From IMG/VR virus record IMGVR_UViG_3300049857_000028, positions 7,023-71,022 of that record: a stretch of 64,000 nt of DNA, one strand, 5' to 3'. A model generated the notes under the pieces. That model had not been told where the DNA came from and made no database searches. It was given only the letters and a program-made list of their open reading frames with translations. The stretch is from a virus (taxonomy: Duplodnaviria; Caudoviricetes). Shown here one piece after another: positions 35,555 to 45,946 of this stretch (within the stretch, counting starts at the first letter, position 1; each line of letters starts with the position of its first letter). Made by a program: the position numbers and the translations under genes.

Positions 35555-37611
35555 TACGTTTCTCTATCATCATAATAAGTGAAACCAGTTGGATTTACGG
35601 GAACTCCTCCTTTTTTTAACCCGAAGTGTAGATGAGGTCCGGTCGATCTCCCTGTATTTCCAGTATAACCTAGTATCTGACCACGTTTAATAGACTGTCC
35701 TTTTTTCACAATGATTTTACTTAAATGAGCATATAAGGCTTGTGATCCATCAGTCAAATTTATTTTTATATATTTACCCGCTAAATTTATGTGAGGGTTG
35801 GATTCCGCTACTGCCACTACTCCATCTAGAATTGCATATATGGGTGTTCCGATAGCTGCTGAAATATCTATGGCTGTGTGATCACTGTTTGCTACCCCTG
35901 TTACAGGATGGGTTCGTGTACCAAAGCCATCTGTAATTGTCCAAGGCTGTTTAATCGGTGGATAGTATTTTCTCGTCTGTTCATATCCCGGAGAAGGAGC
36001 TACTGGTTCTGAACCGCCATCAGTAAATACAGGGTATTCATCTGTAATACCGCCGTAAGGTGTCCCCGATATATTATAGTCAGGAGTCACAATAGTTGCT
36101 GTTACCGTGGTAGAAACTTGAATCTGATCTAATATTTCACCACTTGCTTCAGCATAGATATCTGCTCCTAGTATATCAGGCGGGGAGGGTTTTAGCAAGC
36201 GTTCTTTACGAATCTTTACAATCTCTGCTCCGGTTCCTAAACGAGCATACCGAAGCTTCATAGAGGGGCCTCTGAACTGAGCCCTATAGGTATAAACACG
36301 ATCACCTATTTCATCATTACCCTGATGGTCTCCGGCAGAATCTACTTCAACTTCTATTACAGGTACTGTTAAATCATCAATTCCTCTATGGAAAGAATTA
36401 ATGTTAATAGAAGCTCCAATTACAGGGGGACGGTCATTATAGAATACAGACCCGACAATATCCGGTTGCCCATATCGAAGAAGATAAGCTTCCCCGATTT
36501 GTTGCAACAAACTATAATCAGGCTTTGTAGGGTCGGAATCTCCTGATTCTTTTTGTAAGTAAACATCAGGAGCATTTACAGTTGTCATCCAAATACCCGG
36601 TTCACTATCTGGTAATTCCTCAACATTGGTTCCCTCAGCAAGAGGAGACGCTCCAATTCGGGCTCTAATCGCATTTATATTCTCTAGGCTAGAGGTTACA
36701 GTAACGATTACTTCTTCTTTTTTCTGTTTCCCTTGCCGTCTATTTTCTTGATTTACATCACCGGCATCTAGAACATTTCCTATAACTTTAACTCGGCTAA
36801 CCCATTTTTCGATATCTTCTCTAAATTCAAATCCATAGAAATTTTTGTTATCTACATCATCATTAATATCAAAAAATGAATCTTGTCTTGTATTATAAAT
36901 TTTTGGGAAACTTTGATGATGAAAATTCCATTCCGCATCAACCCACCAAAGTAATCCAGCTTCTCTACAAATTTGATCGATAGCATCTTTATGCGTCATT
37001 CTTCCAATCTCATAATCAAAAGGAAGAGCAAAATCATCTGTAGCCGCTGTGTCATTATCAGTTGGAAGACCGTACCTAGGGTCAGAAGCAATTGCTAGTA
37101 AATCTATAAGTTCTCCGGGATTATTACCAATAAAATCTGGGAACTGGTGTTGATCTGTTTTAATGCTAACTTGAAATCCATCTCTGGAATTTCCAGTAAC
37201 ATCCGGTTTAATTTTCTCTGGATCTGTGGCACCTTCAGTCCATTTTTGATTGTAGATTCCGGGTTCTGTAATTTTCTTTTCCATTAAGACGGATGCATCA
37301 CGAGCGGATACTTGATATTGCATTACTCTAGCGAATATTTCCCCAAATCCGGCTTGAATTTGTATAGCATCAGAAATGACACCAGAGAATATTGTTAGAT
37401 CTGAAACATTATCGGATACCCACGTTAAGATAGATCCGGCCCTTGGTTTAAAATCGGTTGAGGGGTCTATTACCATTTGGCAACTGAAAGTTGATTCACC
37501 CCCGTGAGCATCAATATCTACACTTAAAGAAGAGTGATATTGAACAGTCTCACGTTGAACGTATTGACTCACGTCAAATTGAAGGCCATCATCTAATATA
37601 TAAAATGGCAT
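35554..37611 (-). CDS. Tail tip/hub-like protein with C-terminal M23 peptidase
   Basis: Follows the tape measure gene; HTAID, YAHL and TGPHLHF motifs. Confidence 0.85.
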   Translation of the reverse strand: MPFYILDDGLQFDVSQYVQRETVQYHSSLSVDIDAHGGESTFSCQMVIDPSTDFKPRAGSILTWVSDNVSDLTIFSGVISDAIQIQAGFGEIFARVMQYQVSARDASVLMEKKITEPGIYNQKWTEGATDPEKIKPDVTGNSRDGFQVSIKTDQHQFPDFIGNNPGELIDLLAIASDPRYGLPTDNDTAATDDFALPFDYEIGRMTHKDAIDQICREAGLLWWVDAEWNFHHQSFPKIYNTRQDSFFDINDDVDNKNFYGFEFREDIEKWVSRVKVIGNVLDAGDVNQENRRQGKQKKEEVIVTVTSSLENINAIRARIGASPLAEGTNVEELPDSEPGIWMTTVNAPDVYLQKESGDSDPTKPDYSLLQQIGEAYLLRYGQPDIVGSVFYNDRPPVIGASININSFHRGIDDLTVPVIEVEVDSAGDHQGNDEIGDRVYTYRAQFRGPSMKLRYARLGTGAEIVKIRKERLLKPSPPDILGADIYAEASGEILDQIQVSTTVTATIVTPDYNISGTPYGGITDEYPVFTDGGSEPVAPSPGYEQTRKYYPPIKQPWTITDGFGTRTHPVTGVANSDHTAIDISAAIGTPIYAILDGVVAVAESNPHINLAGKYIKINLTDGSQALYAHLSKIIVKKGQSIKRGQILGYTGNTGRSTGPHLHFGLKKGGVPVNPTGFTYYDDRET

Positions 37612-37619
37612 TTATTCTC

Positions 37620-39368
37620 CTAATTCTGGAAAGCTGGCCCATTACGGGAAATTGGATTTAATGTTTTTCCTTTAGTCATTTTATTTAAACTCCCTGAAAA
37701 TGTTCTGGCATTTTGATGTGCTTGGGCGAGTTGTTGAGGTGTCATTTGAGCGGGTATAGACATAGTTGAACCGTCGGCATTTCTTAGGTTTATATTTACA
37801 TCCGTAGCGCCAATACCGCCTCTCGTAGGATTTAAAGCCCCACCGGCCCCAAAGGTCGTAAGGAAACTTTTAGCAGCGGAGGGGAATCGTGTAGAAAATG
37901 CTGAACGCATTGTCGAGATCCAATTTCTCCAATGTTGCGTATTGTCTTTAACTTTTTTATTGTTCTCATTTAATGCATCAGTTAGACCTCCAATAGATTC
38001 TACCTGAGTCTGAGCAAGAATTTCAGCCTCTTTTTTCTTTTTATTATCCTCTTCTTGGAGATTGGTAGATACGCCGAATGCTCCGGCCATTTTTTGATAC
38101 ATATCATGTATTTTTTGCAATTGAGCATATGCACCATCCAACATAGGACCTATGGCATTATCAATTTTATCAATCCAAGAGTTTAACGTTTGAAGAGCCC
38201 CGTTTAATAATACTAAAATCGCATATAAGGAGTCTACTAAACTTATACTACCCATACCAAAAAGTCTAAAAAATGGACGTAATAATAAAATCATAGTATT
38301 TGTCAAGTTTATAAATAGAGCATTCAACTGTCCTATTGTACTTAAATAAGATGTTACACCTTGAGTATTTTCAGTAAAAAGTTTCATTAAACTTTTTTGT
38401 AAATTTAAAACAGGAATCATTATTTCATCAAAAATAACCCCCAATTGTCTCAATAAAAATTCGAATTTTTTTGATGCTTTAGCTGTTCCATCAGGTAGTC
38501 TAGTAACAAAGTAATTAGTAAACTCCTGAAGAGCTGAATTTATTCTCTTAAAATCAAATTCTGAAATCATCTGCTCTGCATATTGGAGCATATCTTTTAA
38601 CGTATTTTTTAAACCCTCTAGAGTATGTGATAAGATCTCTTGAGCTTGAATATAGGGTTTTAATTTAGCCATTAAAAAGTCGTATAATCTGCCTTCTTTT
38701 TTAGCGGCATCATACGCTTTTTTTCCTAACCCATCGGTAAGACCTAATGTTCTAGCTAGGGTATTAATTCTATCATTTTTACCTGTTAATAAAGCGTTCG
38801 TTTCTCTGATAACTTGGTTTATACCGCCCTTCATTACTGAAGGTCCTAAAACGTAGGACGTAGCGACCATAGCATTTGCCATTTTTCTAGTTTTTTCAAT
38901 GCCATTTTCGCCTTTTCTAGTAGTTGCGGATACCGCATTTCCTAAGCCGATATAAGCATTCGTTAAATCTTCGGTAGTACCTACGCTAAGGACAGCATCC
39001 ATCCTTAACTTATTCATTAAATCTTTTGAAATTATAATAGCTCTATTGAATTGTTCGGCATAAGTTAATTGTTTCCCTGAAGCATCTGTTATTTTATTTG
39101 TAGCTAGTAAAACCGCTGCCATACTTACTTGAAGGCCCTGCCATTTACTAGCTGTATCAATAATATGAACAACAACGCCTTGAATAGCCGATTCTATTTG
39201 AAGAATAACTTCAAGTATTTTATACCAAAGGGTTGCATCTAAAAGTGCGTTTAAACTTTTTGCAGCATTTTGTAAACCCCCTAAAGCAGATCCCGCTCTA
39301 CTCATTCCGTTTACAAATTGTGCAATATTAGCCCGTAATATCGCTGTTAAAACAATATTAACGGCCAT
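37620..39368 (-). CDS. Tail tape measure protein (582 aa)
   Basis: MAVNIVLTAILRANIAQFVNGM start, helical Ala/Leu-rich sequence, downstream of the tail assembly chaperone. Confidence 0.85.
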   Translation of the reverse strand: MAVNIVLTAILRANIAQFVNGMSRAGSALGGLQNAAKSLNALLDATLWYKILEVILQIESAIQGVVVHIIDTASKWQGLQVSMAAVLLATNKITDASGKQLTYAEQFNRAIIISKDLMNKLRMDAVLSVGTTEDLTNAYIGLGNAVSATTRKGENGIEKTRKMANAMVATSYVLGPSVMKGGINQVIRETNALLTGKNDRINTLARTLGLTDGLGKKAYDAAKKEGRLYDFLMAKLKPYIQAQEILSHTLEGLKNTLKDMLQYAEQMISEFDFKRINSALQEFTNYFVTRLPDGTAKASKKFEFLLRQLGVIFDEIMIPVLNLQKSLMKLFTENTQGVTSYLSTIGQLNALFINLTNTMILLLRPFFRLFGMGSISLVDSLYAILVLLNGALQTLNSWIDKIDNAIGPMLDGAYAQLQKIHDMYQKMAGAFGVSTNLQEEDNKKKKEAEILAQTQVESIGGLTDALNENNKKVKDNTQHWRNWISTMRSAFSTRFPSAAKSFLTTFGAGGALNPTRGGIGATDVNINLRNADGSTMSIPAQMTPQQLAQAHQNARTFSGSLNKMTKGKTLNPISRNGPAFQN

Positions 39369-39578
39369 TAGCTTGCTCCATTAATCGTCCGAAAGCTGAT
39401 ATCGTATCCGATGACATCTGAGGTCCTACAGGTTGTTTGGTATCTTCTATCATAATACTACAAATCGTCATAAACTCATACCCATCCAATTCCCATACAA
39501 TAGGTATAGGAGTAGAATATGTTCCAGCTATATGTAGGATTAATCTGTTAAAGTTACGTTGAAATTCGGCATCTGTAT

Positions 39579-39977
39579 CTACGGGACTGGATTCGGCTCT
39601 TTTGGTAACTCTGGCTGGCTTAGAGTTAAGCCGAGAGACTCCCCCATAAGCTTACTCCAGTCAATCGAAACTAGGAATTCTCTAAATTCTTTAATGAACT
39701 CATGGCCGTCCATATTTCGAACTTCTAATTCGGAGCGTCTACTAGCTACTGCTAAAAGTTGTATAGCCGTATCTTCAGCATCGCTGGCAGATGTAATAAC
39801 CTGAAAAATTAGGGATAGAACACGTTCCGCCGGAATTTTTGAGAAGATATCTTCACCAGCTCCAACTCCGCCAGAAGCTTCAATTAGTGCTACTACTTCA
39901 TCGATATTTTTTTCAAAATGTTTTAAAAATCGTCCTAAAAGAAAAACCGTTTTTGTATTAAATGTATATTGAGCCAT
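39579..39977 (-). CDS. Tail assembly chaperone; probable -1 frameshift extension ending at 39358
   Basis: Between tail tube and tape measure genes; G-GGG-GAG at 39645-39639 opens an ATG-less -1 frame. Confidence 0.7.
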   Translation of the reverse strand: MAQYTFNTKTVFLLGRFLKHFEKNIDEVVALIEASGGVGAGEDIFSKIPAERVLSLIFQVITSASDAEDTAIQLLAVASRRSELEVRNMDGHEFIKEFREFLVSIDWSKLMGESLGLTLSQPELPKEPNPVP

Positions 39978-40006
39978 AACATTCTCTCTCCTTCCACTTT
40001 TGTCTA

Positions 40007-40498
40007 TTAAGCATCGACGACATTAAAATAACGCTGGCCGTCAGATTTGCTTTCATCAGATTCCATTAATAATTCTACTGAAAACGTAACAGATTCACCA
40101 AGTTGGTGTTTACCGGTTGTATTACCGTTGAAACGAGCATTCCAAATAGTGAATGTTCTAGTTGTACCGCCGGGGCCATGACCTACAAGTTTGACTTCAT
40201 GGGTTGCGCTTAAGGAAGCGTTACCACCACCTACCGCTACTCCGGGGTTTGAGAAAGCGTAAAGCATATTCGCTAATGACAGATCTTCGAGATCAAAACG
40301 TAGAGATCCTCGACAAGATTTCAAATAAGACCCGCAAAGCAAGGGGCTTTGGTCTGAGATCTTTTCACCGAGTTCTTGAGTGTGCATAAGTTCAACACCA
40401 CCAACAGTGGCCCCAAGCAATACGTTGTCAACGTAAATTTCAGTAGGACCGTCAAAGATATTTCCGCAATTGATGGGTGACGCATTGAATTGGGTCAT
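40007..40498 (-). CDS. Major tail tube protein
   Basis: LGATVGGVEL and FDLEDLSLANM; canonical position. Confidence 0.75.
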   Translation of the reverse strand: MTQFNASPINCGNIFDGPTEIYVDNVLLGATVGGVELMHTQELGEKISDQSPLLCGSYLKSCRGSLRFDLEDLSLANMLYAFSNPGVAVGGGNASLSATHEVKLVGHGPGGTTRTFTIWNARFNGNTTGKHQLGESVTFSVELLMESDESKSDGQRYFNVVDA

Positions 40499-40509
40499 CT
40501 ATTTACTCC

Positions 40510-40980
40510 TTAACGATTTTTATAATACAGGCTTAACGTAAAAGTATTTCGCATTAATTCGGGCATATCTTCTTCGTATATAGTATCTACCGGATCTAAT
40601 AATCTCCATTGAATGTCAGAATTTAGAGGGATATATGGTTGTGAATGCCTTAAAATTTTACCATCTTCATCTAGATATTTATTCTTAGGGGTTCTACGAG
40701 GGGCTCCGGGTATATCAGCAGCAAGGTTTAATTGTTCAAGTATTTGTTGGGTAGTTTGATCACATTCAGCTCTTTTCCATTCAGTAAAAAGTATATCTAT
40801 CTGAACTTCTGTCATCCACATTGAGGTGGTGTTTGTTTTTTTACTTGACCCCCAGTGGAAGACAATCGCTGGGTACTTTAGAATTTGAAAGTTAGGTTCC
40901 GGGTAAAAATTAATATTTGGAAAATTATCAGCTAATAATTCTCTAAAAAATTTAGTAAATGTCTGTTTGGAATCTAACAT
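40510..40980 (-). CDS. Tail terminator-like protein
   Basis: YPAIVF...VQIDI pattern and position. Confidence 0.6.
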   Translation of the reverse strand: MLDSKQTFTKFFRELLADNFPNINFYPEPNFQILKYPAIVFHWGSSKKTNTTSMWMTEVQIDILFTEWKRAECDQTTQQILEQLNLAADIPGAPRRTPKNKYLDEDGKILRHSQPYIPLNSDIQWRLLDPVDTIYEEDMPELMRNTFTLSLYYKNR

Positions 40981-41003
40981 TTCTACCTATTTAATTATAT
41001 CAT

Positions 41004-41645
41004 TTATTTAGCTAATCTACTAATCGTCCACCCGGACCGGAGGTTGCTTGTCAAAACAGGGCTTTTTTTTACAATTTCCCGTAACCAAAGAGATATTCCT
41101 CTGTTTAAAACAATTGCAATCAAGTCTCTTGGGCGAGATCCGCTAGCAAATTTAGTTCCAGCAATTTGTTTACCTAGAAGCATACCAAAAATAATTGTAG
41201 TAGCATCCGATAAATCCTTCTCTAACCTAGGAGCGATAATAGGAATAGAATCCCGTACCATACGCATAGGTTTCATGCCTTTAACGGATTTTCTAAAAAG
41301 AAAACCTACAACTCCGGGCATTTTTGTCTTGACTTTTGCTAATATATCAGGATGCTTTTTAGCATTTTCAAAAGCTTCTAAACGTGTTTCAGATCTTAAT
41401 TTATCCATATATTTTCTTGAGACGGGGATAAGAAGAGCCTTAGCTGTTTTAGGTGTAATCGGAACTTTAGGGCCATCCCCATCGTTGTATATACCGGAAC
41501 CAAATTCCGCTACAACTGCGTGTCTCTGTCTATTTGTAATTCGAGCTTCAATATCCCCGCTAGTTCTACCGAGGGTACTGGAAATAGAGCCCACCAATTT
41601 GGCCCAATTTCTATCAAAAGTTAGACTTATAAATTGATCAGACAT
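41004..41645 (-). CDS. HK97 gp10-like neck/tail completion protein with atypical motif order
   Basis: AVVAEFGSG, ITPKTAKAL and a C-terminal SPVLTSNLRSGW. Confidence 0.6.
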   Translation of the reverse strand: MSDQFISLTFDRNWAKLVGSISSTLGRTSGDIEARITNRQRHAVVAEFGSGIYNDGDGPKVPITPKTAKALLIPVSRKYMDKLRSETRLEAFENAKKHPDILAKVKTKMPGVVGFLFRKSVKGMKPMRMVRDSIPIIAPRLEKDLSDATTIIFGMLLGKQIAGTKFASGSRPRDLIAIVLNRGISLWLREIVKKSPVLTSNLRSGWTISRLAK

Positions 41646-42450
41646 TACTTTCCAAATAAGGGATTGCTCTACTTCTACAAAAATGAAAAATAGGTTTCAT
41701 GTTAGGATTGCCATATACTGCCGGAGGATACATAAACTTACTTAGACTTTGAGGCTCTACAAAAGGCTCCTGTACTAATTTTACTTGTTCATGGAGATGA
41801 ATGCAAGGTGGTGTAGTTACTTTATCTAAGGTAGAATACCATTCTTTTTTTAATCCCGGAACATTTTTCTCTAATCCAAGCAAAACTTCATGGTTTGCGA
41901 CGTTATATGCTGTTTGGTATATATGATGAACCGCTCTCTTTGTGGGGGCAAGTTGGGTATCAAATTGTTGCTTAATCGCTTGAACGGTTTCCCCCTCACT
42001 TCTCCCGTGGATAAAACCTAATTGGATAGTACTTTTAATTTTCTCTCTAAGACCTCCAGTAAACTTATACAAAAAATCATCGACATTCATTTCTAATGTT
42101 TTAAGAACAGTTAACTCAACAGGTCCATATACAAGTTCATCTACAACATCTTTAAAACGTTTACCATACATAGCGTCAAAAAGCTTAGATTGATCGTTAA
42201 ATCCTTTTGAAGACCCCTCTTTCATGATATTAGTATACTCAGATCCTAACTGATCTTTTAGCTCCAGCATTAAGAGATCAATATTCTTTAAAGTTGAAAG
42301 CATACTGGTTTCGTTAAACTCACTCTGACTCTCTAAAATAGATCCGATTACTTCTGTTCGTGTTTTCGTTAGTAATCTTAAAATCCGTTTCAAAGCTTCT
42401 TGTTGAGATCGTTCTAATTTCTTATCTTGATTTCGTATGAAATCATCCAT
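41638..42450 (-). CDS. Minor head protein (Mu gpF/SPP1 gp7-like)
   Basis: WYSTLDKVTTPPC...PP...HFCRS. Confidence 0.8.
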   Translation of the reverse strand: MDDFIRNQDKKLERSQQEALKRILRLLTKTRTEVIGSILESQSEFNETSMLSTLKNIDLLMLELKDQLGSEYTNIMKEGSSKGFNDQSKLFDAMYGKRFKDVVDELVYGPVELTVLKTLEMNVDDFLYKFTGGLREKIKSTIQLGFIHGRSEGETVQAIKQQFDTQLAPTKRAVHHIYQTAYNVANHEVLLGLEKNVPGLKKEWYSTLDKVTTPPCIHLHEQVKLVQEPFVEPQSLSKFMYPPAVYGNPNMKPIFHFCRSRAIPYLESNV

Positions 42451-42925
42451 TTACCATCTGTCTCCGACGTAGAAAGCAAGTCCAGAAAGACCTAAAACGT
42501 TCACGAATCCCAGAACCGCCTTCTAAAACGTAACCACCAATCAAATCGTAGTTTGGTTGGGTTTCTGAGATAGGTGGATCAGCATCCGGGTCATCGCTGA
42601 TATAAAATTCGGATTCTGTTAGTATTTCTCTAGATACTGAAAGTCTATCAACTCTCAATTCTAGATCACCTTTTCTAACTAAACCTACTTGATCTATCTC
42701 AAAATCTCGTCTAGTATCTGCTGAATGCGGCGTAGGATAGATTATTTCCCAAGGTCTATCAGCATACCCCGGTTTACCTAAATCGAGGTCCTGCTCTGTT
42801 CTAACTAGCCTATTTCGAATCCAAACAGATCTACGGCGTCCTCCTAATTCCTCTTCAGAAAGTTCCTCTGAAACTTCGAAAAAAGCCTCATCAATCTCTC
42901 TTTGAGCACTATCTTGATTGCCCAT
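42443..42925 (-). CDS. Putative head closure protein
   Basis: Position and size. Confidence 0.5.
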   Translation of the reverse strand: MGNQDSAQREIDEAFFEVSEELSEEELGGRRRSVWIRNRLVRTEQDLDLGKPGYADRPWEIIYPTPHSADTRRDFEIDQVGLVRKGDLELRVDRLSVSREILTESEFYISDDPDADPPISETQPNYDLIGGYVLEGGSGIRERFRSFWTCFLRRRQMVNG

Positions 42926-42926
42926 T

Positions 42927-43394
42927 TTAACCTCTATCTATGTGATTAGAGGAAGATCCCGTCTCTCCAGTATTTGTATAATTTTCGATTTCCTGTTTGG
43001 TATAGATTGGGATAAATGTTTGAAGCCGAGTGCGTAATAATGCTCTTTTTTCTTCTGGATAACTAACCCGAAAATCTACTCTCTCTGCTTTGGAAAATTT
43101 AATTACTTTTGTAGAAATCTTATCCCATTGATTTACTAATTCATGAACTCTAAACTGTTGTTGCGATGTTAAGACCTCTAGATAACCATACAAAGCATCT
43201 CTAAGCTCATCTTGGTTTTGAATAAGTACTCTAGATTTCCCTAAGCCAATTAATGCATCCCCTCTAACTGTAAATTGATTCGAAATTGGAAGAGGTCCAA
43301 AAATCTCAAACAATAAGTTTATCTCCCTATCAGTTAGGGATAGCCCATTCATTTGCCAATAAATAGGATTTGAATCTTGTGATACAGTTGCCAT
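42927..43394 (-). CDS. Putative head-tail adaptor
   Basis: Position and size. Confidence 0.5.
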   Translation of the reverse strand: MATVSQDSNPIYWQMNGLSLTDREINLLFEIFGPLPISNQFTVRGDALIGLGKSRVLIQNQDELRDALYGYLEVLTSQQQFRVHELVNQWDKISTKVIKFSKAERVDFRVSYPEEKRALLRTRLQTFIPIYTKQEIENYTNTGETGSSSNHIDRG

Positions 43395-43714
43395 TATGCA
43401 GTCTCAACCCATCCATAAGCAAGACCAGAAACATTTGCTAAAAATTCAACATTCAATGCTGTATTCTTTGGGAGTCTAAAATAATGTTCAGATTCCTTAG
43501 AACTTAACTCAAAGGTCTCTTTTTGACCTGCATCTAGCAGGAGAGGGCCAAGAATTAACTCGGCTCCTGAATACACATTAAAGAATGTAGATAACAAAGG
43601 GTCTTGATTTTCAACATTTAATTCCCTAACCCTATGTTTCGCATTTAAATTTGCGGGTAAAACTTCGTTCATACCTGTAACTAAAGGTACATTAAAAATA
43701 TTTGGTACAGCCAT
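43394..43714 (-). CDS. Hypothetical virion protein
   Basis: 106 aa in the structural operon. Confidence 0.55.
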   Translation of the reverse strand: MAVPNIFNVPLVTGMNEVLPANLNAKHRVRELNVENQDPLLSTFFNVYSGAELILGPLLLDAGQKETFELSSKESEHYFRLPKNTALNVEFLANVSGLAYGWVETA

Positions 43715-43718
43715 TTAG

Positions 43719-44066
43719 TTAATCCTTTAAAGTACGTTTCACGGCTTTTGATAAATCATATCTATCTAATTCTTTTTGAACTTTTTGTTTTGCCATTTTA
43801 TTTTCTAGACTAAATGCTTCAATTTCATCTTCAGTAGCTAATCTTCCAAGACCATCCACTAAAACTTGAGCGGCATGTTCACAACCTAGGATTTTAATAG
43901 CTTCTTTTTGATTTTTAGGTGTCATCATAACATACTGATCTTCACCTTTAAAAGTGTTTTGCATAAGATCTAGCATTTTCATATTTCTGATTTGTGCTTG
44001 AGAAGGTTGATGACCGGGTAATACAAAAGGCATATTGGATGAAGTGTATGCGGCGTCTGAACTCAT
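43719..44066 (-). CDS. Hypothetical protein
   Basis: 115 aa with AAGGAG RBS. Confidence 0.55.
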   Translation of the reverse strand: MSSDAAYTSSNMPFVLPGHQPSQAQIRNMKMLDLMQNTFKGEDQYVMMTPKNQKEAIKILGCEHAAQVLVDGLGRLATEDEIEAFSLENKMAKQKVQKELDRYDLSKAVKRTLKD

Positions 44067-44094
44067 TTTTTATCTCCTTTACTCTAAACATGAA

Positions 44095-44125
44095 AGGAGA
44101 GGGGGAAGCTAGGCTGAACCCCCTC
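44095..44125 (-). terminator. Hairpin downstream of the major capsid gene
   Basis: Minus strand GAGGGGG...CCCCCTC followed by TCCTTTC. Confidence 0.55.
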
Positions 44126-44136
44126 ATCCTCTACGA

Positions 44137-45093
44137 TTACGAACGAACTTCCAAACCGAATTGGTTACGGCCAATACCTACACCATAAAGGGTGTCGATA
44201 GTGATTTGAGCACCAAGGATATCGGCATTGTAGTTCATAGTTACACGGATAGCCATACCATCTTCTTCAACGAAGGTTTGGATAACACCCATACCAGCAG
44301 GTGCAACAGGGAGTTTACGTTGGGCAAAGATGAGGGCATCGGGGGTGAAAGCGATGTTGTGGGTTTCGTTTACGTTGGTAATAGGAACCATTTGGTTTTC
44401 GAAAACCATAAAGTTATGGAGTTTACCTACACCACCGAAAGCGATAGCAGAACCATTAGCGCCACCACCATCAGGTCCAAAAGCAGAAGAACCACCAGCG
44501 GCATCTGCCAAACCACGAGTTTGCAATTCGGTAAAACGGGAAATACCAAGCAAATCGGTGTAAGCTCCGGGTTCGACAACAAGACATTTCATAGAAGCTT
44601 TAGGGGCTTTAGATTTAACGAGAGTTTCACGAGCACCTAAAATAGTAGCTTCAGTTAATGAAGAGTTGTAAGCACCAACAGGGGCATTTGCAGTAAAACC
44701 AGCGTAAGCTGCGGAAATGATCGATTGATCAATAGCTTCAGCTAAGTTGGCTACAGCCTGTCCAAGGTTGGTGGTTTTAACATCAACAGGAGTGAAAAGT
44801 TCAGCAATATCGGTAATTTGGAAAGAAACATATTTGTGTTGGTTCAAAACAATTTGGGTTTTATCCATTGTAGGGTTTTGTTTTAGAACAGCGTTACCGT
44901 CTGCCAAGTTACTTACATTGAACAAAGAGGGAATACCAACCGTAATCGTGTCACCAGCAGTAGCTAGTTGAGCTTCATAATCACGGTTTACCAAACGTGT
45001 CATACAAGTATTCGCTTTCAAACGAGCGAGAGCCTGAGAAGCCACCTGTTTGAGGATAACGTTAGCTACCTCGACTGATGTAATTGCGGCCAT
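44137..45093 (-). CDS. Major capsid protein (HK97 fold, P22 coat-like)
   Basis: VNRDYE...GDTITV, AVANLAEAIDQ, HKLHNF-like region, and ITIDTLYGV; follows the scaffold gene. Confidence 0.9.
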   Translation of the reverse strand: MAAITSVEVANVILKQVASQALARLKANTCMTRLVNRDYEAQLATAGDTITVGIPSLFNVSNLADGNAVLKQNPTMDKTQIVLNQHKYVSFQITDIAELFTPVDVKTTNLGQAVANLAEAIDQSIISAAYAGFTANAPVGAYNSSLTEATILGARETLVKSKAPKASMKCLVVEPGAYTDLLGISRFTELQTRGLADAAGGSSAFGPDGGGANGSAIAFGGVGKLHNFMVFENQMVPITNVNETHNIAFTPDALIFAQRKLPVAPAGMGVIQTFVEEDGMAIRVTMNYNADILGAQITIDTLYGVGIGRNQFGLEVRS

Positions 45094-45112
45094 TATGGTC
45101 TACCTTTCTTTC

Positions 45113-45868
45113 TTATTTTGTGTTAAAAAATGCGTTTAATGATTCTTCGGGTAAAACTTGTCTGAGATCTACTTTCGCTAAGTCTGAAGGTTTCATTTTA
45201 TTGAGATCTTCTAAACTTGTAATTCTTTGACCACCTGATCCTGACGATTTATTTGTTGCGCCTGATCCGCTAATATTTCTCGGAGGAAGAAAGTGTGATC
45301 CTTCAGAGTTTAGCCAATCCGTTAAACCTGATTTTAAATCTTTCTCATCTTCAAACCCTAATGTAGGATCTACTACTCTGATCTTAACTTTTCCGCTTTC
45401 ATCTATAATAATATTATCACGAATTAAGCGGTAAACTTGATCACCTTTTTCAACTTTAAGGTTTGTTAATGCGCTAAGAACTTCAGATTTTACCCGTTCA
45501 TCAACAGCTTGTCGAGAAGCATTATCTTTCTCCTGTTCCGCTTGCTGAAGTTTTTTTTGAACATCTTCAAGGGTTTTTTGGAGTTTTAGTACTTCTTTAT
45601 CAACTGTAGAAGGTTTTTGACTATCAACAGATTCTGCTTGAGGGGCTTGGAATTTTTCGAATTGCTGTAACAGAGGTGCAAGTTGTGTTTGGATATTCTC
45701 TTGAGTCTGCTTTTCGAGTCTCTTGTTATATCCAGTCATTGCTCTGTTCAGTTGTTCAATCGTAACAAATTGAGCTTGATTATCTGTTGAAGATGTGTCA
45801 TTTAAAGATTGACTATCTTGCGACCCATTCTCGGCATCGGTCGTCTGGCCGTGATTATCGTCTGCCAT
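45113..45868 (-). CDS. Capsid scaffolding protein
   Basis: Acidic N-terminus, coiled coil, directly upstream of the capsid gene. Confidence 0.75.
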   Translation of the reverse strand: MADDNHGQTTDAENGSQDSQSLNDTSSTDNQAQFVTIEQLNRAMTGYNKRLEKQTQENIQTQLAPLLQQFEKFQAPQAESVDSQKPSTVDKEVLKLQKTLEDVQKKLQQAEQEKDNASRQAVDERVKSEVLSALTNLKVEKGDQVYRLIRDNIIIDESGKVKIRVVDPTLGFEDEKDLKSGLTDWLNSEGSHFLPPRNISGSGATNKSSGSGGQRITSLEDLNKMKPSDLAKVDLRQVLPEESLNAFFNTK

Positions 45869-45946
45869 TTAGAATTTGCTCTCCTTCATTATAACATAAA
45901 TATCTAAGACCTATTAATAATATACATTATACCTTATTCATATGCA

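Noticed and set aside
41044-41637. 197-aa + strand ORF antisense to the neck gene, and similar antisense ORFs in the track
   Set aside because: Fully overlap better-supported genes, with no motifs or RBS.
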